This document shows positions 26,070 through 37,834 of a stretch of 64,000 nt of DNA, piece after piece. The notes under the pieces are model-generated. The model had not been told where the DNA came from, did no database searches, and worked only from the letters and a program-made list of their open reading frames with translations. The position numbers were made by a program, and so were the translations under genes. How positions within the stretch are numbered: position 1 is the first letter of the stretch; each line of letters begins with the position of its first letter. This DNA is from Octopus vulgaris (Eukaryota), in assembly GCA_951406725.2 (NCBI GenBank), contig OX597817.1, forward strand, positions 159,526,001 to 159,590,000. The letters are read 5' to 3'.

Positions 26070-27130
26070 CTAAATAATAATACTAACTTTGGCACAAGGC
26101 CAGCAATTTGAGGGGAGGAGCAAAGCTATATCAACCTTGATACTTGATTGGTACATATTTTATCAAGCATAAAAAGAGCAAAGCTGATCTCATCAGAGTT
26201 TGAACTTGTGCATAAAGAGTTCGAAGAAATGCCGCTGAGAATTGTTTTCTAATGCCCCGAGCATTCTGCCAGTTCACCACCTTAAAATCTTATGTACATC
26301 AACTGGTACTTATTTTACCGACCCTGAAATGGTGGAAGCCAAACTTGACCTTGGTATATTTTCAGCCCAGAACATAAAGATCCGGAAACCCTGGATAATA
26401 ACAATAATAATTTCTACTCTAGACACAAGGCCTACATTTTCTAAGGGCAGAATTACATCCACTCTAGTGTTCAACTCACACTTATTTTATCAAACCCGAA
26501 AGGATGAAAGGCAAAGTCAACCTAAGTGGAATTTGAACTCATAAAATTTTAATAGTTATGGTTTCAAATTTGGCAACAAGGTTAGCAATTGGGTGGGGGG
26601 GTTAGTCGATTACATCAACTGGAGGGTTGAACTGGTACTTACTTTATCGGCCCCGAAAGGATGAAAGGCAAAGTCGACCTCAGAGGAATTTGAACTCCTA
26701 TAAATAATTTCTACTATAGGTACAACGCCTGAAAGTTAGGGGAGGGGGGGCATAGTCGATTACATCGACCCCCAATACTCAACTGGTACTTGATTTATCG
26801 ACCCCGAAAGGATGAAAGGCAAAGTCGACCTCAGAGGAATTTGAACACCTATAATAATTTCTACTATAGGTACAACGCCTGAAAGTTAGGGGGAGGGGGC
26901 ATAGTCGATTACATCGACCCTAATACTCAACTGGTACTTGATTTATCGACCCCGAAAGGATGAAAGGCAAAGTCGACCTCAGAGGAATTTGAACACCTAT
27001 AATAATTTCTACTATAGGTACAACGCCTGAAAGTTAGGGGGAGGGGCATAGTCGATTATATCGACCCTAATACTCAACTGGTACTTGATTTATCGACCCC
27101 GAAATGATGAAAGGCGGAATTTGAACTCAC
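26070..27130 (-). repeat. Tandem array of 5'-truncated family B SINE variants; the last three ~148-bp units are nearly identical
   Basis: Unit taatttctactataggtacaacgcctg...gaggaatttgaac starting at ~26699, 26851 and 26999; older units upstream. Confidence 0.88.
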
Positions 27131-27164
27131 ATAATAATAATAATAATAATCTATTTTTCATTAT

Positions 27165-27233
27165 CGCCACAAAAGCTACGGAACGTTGCAAACTTTACAG
27201 CGACATAAAAAATAGCAGCCGCACAAGAAACGC

Positions 27234-27268
<35 letters not shown>

Positions 27269-27790
27269 TTTTACATTTCATAATTCATCTAAGTAAAGTG
27301 GAGTAAATTTTTGCAGCTCAGAGGTTTTCATGTTGTTTTAGCTTGAGGTGTATTTTTGAAACAGATTTTAATGAGTTTATTAGTTTGTTTCGTGTTGTAT
27401 TTTGACTTTCTGTACACCTCCCACCCGCTCTCCATTTTTAACTCTCGTTCCGTTGTTGCTCACTAAACAAAATAAACTGTACTTCTTCACCCAGTTTTAC
27501 TGTTCTTTTCCTGGGTTTTGTGTCTGTTGTGCGGTGTTTCGGTTTTCTTTTTCTTTCTTTTTTTTCGCCTTGTTGTTAAGAGTCCAATATTTGTCGATTC
27601 GATTGTTTTTAACACGAGATGAATGGGAAGTGTTGGAGGAGGTGGTGGGGGTTGTTTAGGAGGAGGCATAGAAAGAGCAATGAGGAGGAGGAGGATGGAA
27701 GAAAAAGAGAAGAGAAAGGATAGAGGGAGGGAGGGAAAAAACACGAGGACCATGAAAGCTTGCGAAAGATAAGAGAGAGAGAGAGAGGAT
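27165..27790. promoter_or_regulatory. CpG-enriched unique segment with a GA-rich tract; possible promoter or first exon
   Basis: Visible local excess of CG over the flanks, next to a polypurine (GGA/GA)n tract; no repeat homology seen. Confidence 0.25.
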
Positions 27791-27905
27791 GTGACATTGT
27801 GAAAGAGAATTAATTATGGCATGGACATGTTGAGATGACCACAGAAATATGTATAAAAATAGTGAAGATTGACTACGCGTAATACATACATATATGCATA
27901 CAAAG

Positions 27906-27940
<35 letters not shown>

Positions 27941-28251
27941 CATATATATACATACACACGCACGCATATATACAAACATGTATGAAATAAATATAATATT
28001 TATTATAATACAATGATAAAATGTATGTATATATAAATTGATTTATATGTGTGTGTACACATATACACACATGCGTTCACTGGTTCACTGCTAAATGCAG
28101 AATAATTCTCAAATATTTTTAGAACTGGCACATAAATTATAATTTATATCCTTATATCTTATTCAAATGTAATGGAATTAAACAAATGATTACCAGAAAA
28201 ATTAAAATGCAAACACACACACATATACATACATACATACATATATATATA

Positions 28252-28298
<47 letters not shown>

Positions 28299-28745
28299 GT
28301 GCGATTTTTTAAAGCACAAAACGGAGAATATTTTATTTTTTAACATGAATCTCACCAAATTCTTAACTGAAAAGTTTATATTTTTTTGTCTTTCGTGTGA
28401 AGAAACCTACTAAAACACTCACTTTAATACGTGTATAAAACTAAAAAGTGTGCTTTAAAACCCCCCCGAATAATTTCACTGGGGCGGGGGGGGGGGCGAC
28501 TAAAAATAAATACCTTTTTACATACACAACTTTTGGTCAATTAAAAGTGGATGGCGGCTCATAACGAAAGAATTTATATCAGCAAACCAACAATAACATT
28601 CTTGTATGCGAACGAATGTATGCAGGGTGCAAATGTGTGTGTGTATGTGTATATATATATATATATATATTCTTACACACACAAATATACATGAACACTT
28701 ATACATCTATAAACAGAAATACACTCATATATATGAACATATGTA

Positions 28746-28792
<47 letters not shown>

Positions 28793-28879
28793 GTATAAAC
28801 ATACATATACTTTATATATATAAAATATTTACACACATGGATGCATGTATATACAAACGTGTGTGTGTGTATGTGTGTG

Positions 28880-28915
<36 letters not shown>

Positions 28916-29504
28916 TTTACAACCGCATGTATGTGTGTGTGTATATATATACATACACATACACACACATTTACTAACAACAGTCGCCAGTCAAATATAT
29001 ATATATATAATGGCGATGCCCCAGCATGGCCACAGCTCGTGCGCTGAAACTAGATAAAATAAAAATAAAATAAAAAAATATATGATGGCGATTATATACA
29101 ACACGCCAACGTACACACTCCGTTTTTGTTTTGCGAGTTTCATGTGAAATTGCAATTGTTTCTTGAAACAGATGTATCATGGGAGGGGCATTCCACCAAC
29201 AGAAACACCCACAACGGCTCTATTTCCTTTCTATTTAATATTATTTGTAAACTACATAATAATCGACAAATCGATTGCTTGAGTAATCTTTTCATCTACA
29301 GAAGCTAATTCATTGAAAGTTATATAAATATATGCATAAAAGTCAATTTATACACACACACACACATATTCTACAATATAACAAACCCATGTAGTCAATT
29401 AGTCAAGCAATCCATTAGTTAATTGCTTAATTAGTTAACAAGTTGACTCCTAATAATATAAATTGAAACAGAACCAGTGTTTATCATTTATATATATATA
29501 TATG

Positions 29505-29840
29505 TCCCACTGCGTGGCATCTTGGGCCAGTGTCTTCTATAGCCCTGGGCCAACCAAAGCCTTGTGTGTGAATTTGGTAGGCGGAAACTGAAAGAATCCC
29601 GTCGTGTGAGTGTGTGTGTGTGTATATATATATGTATGTTTGTGTGTGTGTCTGTCCTACCGCTATTGCTTGATAACCGATGTTGGTATGTTTACGCCCC
29701 TGGAACTTAGTGGTTTGGCAAAAGGTACCGATAGAATAAGTACTAAGCTTACAAAGAATAAGTCCTAGGGACGATTTGTTCAACTAAAGGTGGTACCCCA
29801 GTATGCCTGCAGTCAAATGACTGAAACAAGTTAAAGAAGA
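29505..29840 (+). mobile_element. SINE family A, 5' truncated
   Basis: gtcccactgcgtggcatcttgg ... aatgactgaaacaag. Confidence 0.85.
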
Positions 29841-29954
29841 ATAAATATATATATATATAAACACACACAAATGCATATACATTATATATATACACATGCA
29901 CAATACATAAATACACCTAAGTAAATATAATACACACAGGTGTATAATTTATAT

Positions 29955-30385
29955 ATATCCAAAATGGAAACGAACACCATTCCTCCATGTGATCGACTTG
30001 AAAAATTGTTAGGATATTAAGATATTTCCCTATTTTTCTTAACATGAAACCAATGGTAGCCTTAATTCAAATAAAGAAATTCTATCCACCAATGTGGTGT
30101 TGAGCACTCATTTTCATTGCTTGACATTTATGTATATATAAATATATGTACACACACACACTCTTAAACATATTCTGACCCATTACATGTATGTATTGTA
30201 CATCAGCACTTCATATTTCAGGCTCTGATGAAACTGTAACATGTTACATCAGTCCCTCAGCTAGGAGTCCACTGCATTTTATGGTAGAAACATCTATAAA
30301 CTAATGAAGTTTGTAGTATAACCAGTCATTCTTTTGTCATTTCTTTATTGTTACCGCCCCGTACCCGACTAATTCTTCGTTCAGA
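29955..30385 (+). mobile_element. Decayed PLE 3' end (endonuclease C-terminus plus pLTR with degenerate hammerhead)
   Basis: QNGNEH..CDRLEKLL..ETNGSLNSNKEILST (cf. Y.NG.K.C.LC..EKL.I..LN.R.E...KC); CTGATGA at 30225 and GAAAC at 30287; bounded by TA repeats. Confidence 0.45.
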
Positions 30386-30648
30386 AGCATATATATATAT
30401 TGAGTTTTACACCAGGTTATTTATATCATAATGCTTAAGTGAAATATTAAAATACATTATACATATAGACACAGATATGTACAGTAAATGTCATGTGCAT
30501 AAAATACATATACACAGATGCACACACACACATATGCATATAATCTATTTATGCCTGAATAATATAATTTCCACACATATATATATATGGAAGTTTATAT
30601 TATCTATAACCACACACACAATATTTACACATATCTATGTCTGTAAAC

Positions 30649-30701
<53 letters not shown>

Positions 30702-30720
30702 CTATATTACATAGTTTAGT

Positions 30721-30752
<32 letters not shown>

Positions 30753-31547
30753 TACAAATAAAGCCATATCAAATATTATAAAAGATAAAGTCTTGGTTTA
30801 TTAAAATCATTTTCCCTTCAAGAGAAGGGCAGATAACTAACCTGTAGCAGTTGCTCCCAAATCCTCATAAGGAAAGAAACAATCTCAACAGTCCATGATT
30901 TCCCAAACATGCCATAAAGGGATAACAGCCTGCCTGGTGATATGTGGAAACATGTTTCTGTCTCATTAGCTCTCATCTGCACTACTACAGTTCTACCTTA
31001 ACTCCAGCAGAGACATATTAAAAAATAGTAGAGCACATTTATAGCCTTGGGTAATTTAAATAATGTAAATCAAAATGAACTAGGAATATTAGACTAATTG
31101 GAAAACACAAACATAATAGAGATAGATAGACAAATTCAACCCCTCATCGACCAAATATCAGCAGAATTTCAACACACATGCATACAGATGTATATATATG
31201 TGTGTGTGTGTGCGTATGGTAGTGTGCATGTCATCTTTCTCTCCTCACCATTCAATGAACAGTATTGGTTTGTTTGTGTCACTGAAACTTAGCAATCTGA
31301 CAAAAGGGTCAAATAGATTAAGAACCAGATTTTACAAAAGAAAGCATCCAGGTCAATGTGTGTAACTAAACCCTTTCAATGGGTGGCTCAAGCCAATCAA
31401 TGATTGAATAGAAAAAGAATATTATATACACATTGCCCACAACCTGTTACATGGCCCCAGAGACGAGATGCATCCTCTAACCTGAAACCCAACTTGAAGT
31501 CTTGCAGGGCAGTGGGTTCCAACAGAAGTACACAAGGTGTCATGAGC

Positions 31548-31767
31548 TAAACCCCCTTTGTTAGCACAATTATATAGAAATAACTGCTGTTCTTTCAATT
31601 AATTTTGCAAAATACTGAATAAATTATAAAATACTTTGTCATTAAGATTATTACAACATAAATTAACAAGAAATTTTAATGGAACATCTGATTTTAAATC
31701 ATTTGAAAACAAGTTTGTGCCATAGGAGCAGGGACAGTGTAAGGCAGGTCAACATGAAAAGGTTTAG
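31548..31767. mobile_element. Old piggyBac-type MITE family 1
   Basis: Diverged similarity to 5223-5447. Confidence 0.6.
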
Positions 31768-32020
31768 AGAGATGGTTTAAGACTACCAGTCAAATAGGCC
31801 ACTGTAAGTTTGAGTACAGAATACAAAAGAGCCGGAACAAACACTGCAAGGTAACTGGGCATATGTTATTACAGTTCTGCCAATCTAACACAATGAAATC
31901 GTACTTTTTTTTTTTATAGACCTTGAAAGGATGAAAAGCAAAGATGACCTGGCAGGGTTCTAGAATTCTTCAAGGTATTGCACCAGCATGGCTGCAGCCT
32001 GATTAAAACAATATATATAT

Positions 32021-32256
32021 TGATAAAAATGGTAAGACAACAAAAGAATGAAAGAGACCTTGATATTATGTAAATAGAGGAATTTATCTGTAAATGTAAT
32101 ATGTGACAATTATTCAGTACCCATGATAAAACTCCGAGTTTTTTTCCAATGGCCGGATAACTGAAGAGATGGCGGCGTGGATTTCCACCTCGGCATCCGA
32201 AACTCAGAGTTTTATCATGGCTACTGAATAATTGTCACATGTTTACACTTACATAT
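32021..32256 (+). mobile_element. Short PLE-pLTR/retrozyme-like element: inverted tail, hammerhead, tail; in (TA)n
   Basis: ~57-bp inverted arms 32085-32141 and 32200-32256 flank the hammerhead core; TA repeats on both sides. Confidence 0.75.
32151..32221 (+). ncRNA. Type I hammerhead ribozyme
   Basis: GAUAA-CUGAAGA-[gaug.cg..gugga/uccac..cg.cauc]-c-GAAA-CUC-a-GAGU-U-UUAUC; stem I GAUAA/UUAUC (extended by GCC/GGC), long stem II, near-palindromic stem III; predicted cleavage after 32211. Confidence 0.75.
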
Positions 32257-32334
32257 ATCTATATATATATATATTATATTATATATTTATATAAACCACA
32301 ATTGTATATATATTTCAATATACACACATATGGC

Positions 32335-32625
32335 TACAATTCAGTCCCACTGCGTTTTTAAAAAAATTTTTTTTTTACTATAGCTTCAAGCCAACCAGAG
32401 CTTAGCTTTGTGAGTGGATTTGGTAGGCGGAGACTGAAAGAAGCCCGTCGCGTATATGTGTGTGTTTTGCTTCCGCCGCTTGACAACTAGTTTTGGTGTG
32501 TTTACGTTAATCTAACGAAGCGCTCCGGTAAAAGAGACCGATAGAATAAATACTAGGCTTTAAAAAAAAAAATAAGTCGATTCGTTCGACTAAAATACGC
32601 CATAGCCTGAAAGAAGTAAAATAAA
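32335..32625 (+). mobile_element. SINE family A, diverged
   Basis: tcagtcccactgcg...gtgagtggatttggtagg...gaccgatagaataa. Confidence 0.75.
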
Positions 32626-33167
32626 AGATATGTGCGCGCGCATGTGTGTGTGTGTGTGTGTGTGTGTACCCAAACGTGCATGCATAATGAGCCCAGTGCA
32701 ACATTTGACGAAATTACCCCCCCCCCATCTTTTTTTTCTTCTTTTTTTTCTAGATTTTAAATAGAATGTTTGCGCAAATAAAGGCAAATTGAGAAAATGG
32801 AAAGAAAAACGTAGAGAATTCCGAGGATTAAAATTTCTTTGAAAAAAAGTTGAACAATAAAGCAAGAGTGCGTATTTGATGAAATTTTAAAAAATTATGC
32901 TGTTAACTTTTTTTTTTATAAATTCAGTCAACTGTTTTTACACACACACACACACACACGAACTATTCATCAGAATGTGTTGTTAAAAGTATAATAAAAA
33001 AAACAACAATAATATAAATTAGCAGGGACATGTGGTGTAGGTCAGGTTATTTGTGCTGTAGCTAATAAATGAAAAGTTTCACTAATGCCAATCTACATGT
33101 GTTATCCCTAAACTGGAACAGTTGTTTTCATGAATGCAATTCTCTCTCTCTCTCTCTTTTCCCCTCT

Positions 33168-33199
<32 letters not shown>

Positions 33200-34015
33200 G
33201 CTGGTAGGACTTAATCTTTCATGAACTGTTTCCACTCAGCAGGCAAACCAGAAATAAACAAACAAACATGAGAACACAAAAGACAAACCTATCTTACCTA
33301 CTATATCTATTCTATCTATCTAAGTTGATAGAAAGCAGGGTGTATATGTAGTAAAGTCACTTTCGTATCAACTACATTAATAACTGAACTGACTTGTTGA
33401 AATTTCTAGTTAGGTGGTACATACACAATTGTAGCGCCACCACCACCACCACTACCATTTACATACACATACACATACTCACACAAGAGAGGAGGAGAGA
33501 ATAATTAAAGTGATTTTTTTTTTCGTGGTGAAAGTTCGAGTGTGTGTGTGTGTGTGTGTATGTATGGGGTGGGGGAAATATATTTAGGACCAAGCAGGAA
33601 CATTTTCTGATGGAAACCAGATATTTTCAGAAATATTCTTAGCTGTAGAGCCTGTGGTCTGTCACTTGAAATGAATAGAGAAAAGAAAGAAGGGAAGAAA
33701 TGGGATTGGCAACTGGAAACAGATGTGGAAATGATTGGTAGGTATAGAACCTCAGTTGCAAGCATTCACATCGTAATGAAGGCTGATACGAACATTTAAG
33801 AAGGGGAGGTGGGTTATGATTCTTACATTACTTAAAGGACAGTTAGCAGAAACATTTCGGTTCAGCATCGGCACCGACGTAGATAGCAAAGTCAAGACCC
33901 CTGGTACTATATGGAAAACGATTACAGTATCACAAAACTCCCTGAATGCGGAAAGCTGTTTTATTCATATGGGCAATAGGCAACTCATTATTAAACACAT
34001 ACAAAGCTAATCCTA

Positions 34016-34422
34016 ATCTTTTCGGTTTGAACGGCAGTTTTTAACATAATTTCTAGGTAACTAAAAAATTTTAAACTTCGTATACTGGTAGAATGTGTTT
34101 ATAAAACATCTTTTTCTCTTGGCTTTATTGAGAAAATTCTATAGTTTGTAAGATATTTGTTGTTTTTTTTTCTTCTTCAATTTCTGCAATTTCAACCAAT
34201 CACTGACGTCCATTGAGGTAAAAAGCATTCTGTGCCATATGAGTATGCCCCTCGTTTAAGAAACAGATTGGGTTTATTTACATTTGTGAAGAAAAAAAGA
34301 TGCCCTCCCCCACCCCTAACCCTAAAAGAGATTGAAATGCAATAGATCGATTCTAGGGTCATAATTATGGGTGACAATTTCATGACACCGTTAGAAAAAA
34401 CTGCTGTTCAAACTGAAAAGAT
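34016..34422. mobile_element. Non-autonomous DNA element/MITE with ~27-bp TIRs and an internal CCCTAACCCTAA
   Basis: atcttttcggtttgaacggcagttttt / aaaaactgctgttcaaactgaaaagat. Confidence 0.85.
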
Positions 34423-35033
34423 CTGAGATACCTCCTTCTCCTATAAATACAGTGGTAAATATTGTGGTTGACATCTCTAATCAGTTCCGTTTGTCAGTGT
34501 TTGCATGACCAGAGATTGATATAATAAATACCATATCAAAATATGTTCTGAGGTTGATTTGATGCTCTTGATAGTGCTTGAAGGCAGTGTCCATGTGTGG
34601 TTGCAGTCCAATCAATAAAACTGGTTAAAGAGTACTGTATTTGATAGCTTTATAAGATACACTTTCCAACCACACATACACACAGTTAAAAAATATAAAA
34701 AGGATTTTAAAAAATCACTCAGGGTCCTATATGCAAAGTTGGGATGCATCTAGTAAAACTGTGTATTTCAAGAATTAAAACTGTTGAAGTGGATTAGGTC
34801 GTTGCAGGCTTTTTGCTTGGTTTTTATGCAGAACAGTTTGTTCTATATTATCTCATTGCAATGTTACCTGTAAAAGACTGAATATGAGCTCTCCAGAGGA
34901 AGATTTATCTCCCACCTACCAGTTTCACATCATAAATGAATTAAACAACCACAGTGCTTGACAGTTAATGATTTAAATTAAGTTGTAGGGTAAACATTAA
35001 AAGAACAGAACCCTTGTGTATCAATAGTGTGTA

Positions 35034-35235
35034 CTCTTTACTCTCTTTTACTTGTTTCAGTCATTTGACTGCGGCCATGCTGGAGCACCACCTTTAGTCG
35101 AGCAAATCGACCCCGGGACTTATTCTTTGTAATCCCAATACTTATTCTATCGGTCTCTTTTGCCGAACCGCTAAGTGACGGGGATGTAAACACACCAGCA
35201 TCGGTTGTCAAGCAATGCTAGGGGGACAAACACAG

Positions 35236-35294
<59 letters not shown>

Positions 35295-35456
35295 ACCGGC
35301 TTCTTTCAGTTTCCGTCTACCAAATCCACTCACAAGGCATTGGTCGGCCCGGGGCTATAGCAGAAGACACTTGCCCAAGATGCCACGCAGTGGGACTGAA
35401 CCCGGAACCATGTGGTTGGTTAGCAAGCTACTTACCACACAGCCACTCCTGCGCCT
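35034..35456 (-). mobile_element. SINE family A, full length, young
   Basis: Near-identical reverse complement of 23734-24126. Confidence 0.93.
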
Positions 35457-36810
35457 ATTTTAGTTTATGTGTGTATTTAAAAAAAATAATTTAGTCAATA
35501 TAAGGGACAATGCTCATGTCCTTCGCAGCTCTCTTAGATTGCTCTGTTAAAGACAGTCAGCATGAGGCAATGGTTTTAAACAGGATGGTGTACTTTGTAT
35601 ATACAGGTACTTCAATACCTAGTTTTTGTGACAGTTCTTCCTCTATAGGAAAGAGACAGGGAGTAGAAAGTTTACTACTGCTTTTCACTGTCTAACCCAA
35701 CATTGATGAAACAGACCTGAGGTAATCCATAGACTTCAGTATCTAAATTATCCAACACAATTCTTTTTCCTTTTTTAGACAAGAATATGACTAGTGGGAG
35801 ATTTGATTGTTATTTCTAGCATTCCGAGCAACTGCTTTAGAGACACTTGTTTGATACGGGAATTCAGTACAAAGGTCCATATTTTATGGACAAGAAACGA
35901 GTTATAATGTGTAATATAAATGCCATTCTCAAGGGCATCTCAGATATGATGAAGCAAAACATTTCTAAAATAGTATTGTCTAAGTCAGACATTCATCACT
36001 CCCTCAGTGATATTCGATTTATAAACCAAGCAAGAGTGAATTGAGAATCTGCATCAGCTGCTTGAAAGGTTGTACAAACGAAAACATAAAAGACATTTGG
36101 ACATCTCCATTCTGGTCATCTCTTTGATGATTTACACAGCGAAGAATATGAATAGTAGAATCGACAAAGTCAAACAAAATAACACAATGCATTTGGTTAC
36201 ATCCCATTGCATTCTAAGTGTCAGGATTGATACAGTCAATGACATCACACCGTTGAAAGGAGTATCTCAGCACGGTTATAGTTCATTGACTGAAAACAGC
36301 AAAAAGTGTTACAATTCTCTATAAAATTCTCTGAAGAAACAACAAAATGTCAAGTCTACCTCAAGGGAAGGAAGGAAATCAAATTTCAAAATCTAGATGA
36401 CAACTGAAACTAACCGACTTGGGTGAGGAGTAAAAAGAGAGAAGGATCTACTCATTCCTTAGAGTGGATTAATCTAAGAAATGAAATAAATACCTAGATT
36501 ATAAAGATACTAGTGTGTGAGCGAGTGAATCTAAAACTTAAAGTTTACATTTTCATTTATTGATATCAAATTAGCCTGGAGTGGGCGGGGATGAAAGAAT
36601 GTAAAATTGTGGTGTTGATGCCATGTTTATAGGGATTAATTGCATTAGTAGAGATTCAACTGGAAATTAAAATTGGGTTGTGACCTATTTCAATAGTAAA
36701 TAAACTTACATTTGATTGGGATTTAGAAGAAATAAAATATCTAAAATATGGAATAAAAAAAAAAACTTTTAACTCAACCTCTATTAAATCATCTCCCTTA
36801 TCTAACATCC

Positions 36811-36841
<31 letters not shown>

Positions 36842-37470
36842 CAACTTACATCTACAAACATCACTCTCACACCACCACCTAACTTCAACAATGCATTCTC
36901 TATCGCTAACGTTCATGCTGATGACATCACCCTGCATTCTTTCCATTTGTGGCTAACTTCAAAACCTCTTGTGAAGTGCCTGTGCTTTCTTACTGTTGAA
37001 CAAGTACTTACATCTTTTCTTTCAAAGGGAACAAACACACCCCACCACACTGATGAAAATGCACAACTAAAGTCTATATTTTTGAAAACAGTATTCTAGG
37101 TTTAGCAGTTTCTGACAACCTGCTTCATACAATCACAGTTGCACCATTAAGAATGAGGTTTCTGTTCATGGTCGAGATAAAAGAACAGAAAACCGGTCCT
37201 AAGTAACTGCTAACTTTTTAAAAAGGACAAGTATACTCTGTATTAGTCGGCATAATAAATGCATGCATGAGAAACCTGACACACACACACACACACACAC
37301 ATGAACTTCACAGATTTTTTTGCAAAATTACAAAGTGATTTGTGATGAAACAAACAAACTGTCTGCATATTCCTTAATATTGTTTATTTGAAGGTAGTGA
37401 TTCCTAGAAATATTTTTTTAAAATTTATTTTAGATTTTATATGGCCCAATTTTTTCTTGTATTGAGAATG

Positions 37471-37834
37471 TATAGGGTGGTCTGAAAGTCTTGTCAACCT
37501 CTACTGAAAAGTACTAAGAACAACAGAGGGACAATATAATAATAGCAAACACATGTACTGGTTTTAGTATATTCACTTCCATTGACACTGACACACTTTG
37601 AGAAGGCCTGTATGAACACCATCATTTTCAGGCCACAAAATGATGCAGTACCATGTCCTATGTGGTATTTTACGAAGCTGCTGGTGTCATACAGACCCTC
37701 TCAATGTGTAACAGTGTCAGTGTCAATGAAAGTAATATACTAAAATCAGTGCATGTGTTTGATGTTATTATATTGTCCCTCTATTGTTCTTACTTTTTGG
37801 TAGCGGGGTGACATGACTTTCAGACCACCCTATA
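37471..37834. mobile_element. Tc1/mariner-type fold-back MITE with ~150-bp arms
   Basis: TA-tagggtggtctgaaagtc ... gactttcagaccacccta-TA; the arms pair along almost the whole length. Confidence 0.88.

Noticed and set aside
26699-27130. CRISPR-like regular repeats
   Set aside because: Whole ~148-bp units repeat with no unique spacers; SINE-derived, eukaryotic, no cas genes
12766-29047. Many long Y/I/C/V/H/T-rich ORFs (e.g. 19653-20360, 235 aa)
   Set aside because: They are translations of TA/TG/CA microsatellites, which lack stop codons; not genes
34862-34880. Minus-strand ttttacag|gtaaca recursive-splice-like site
   Set aside because: Short motif expected by chance in 64 kb; no host gene established
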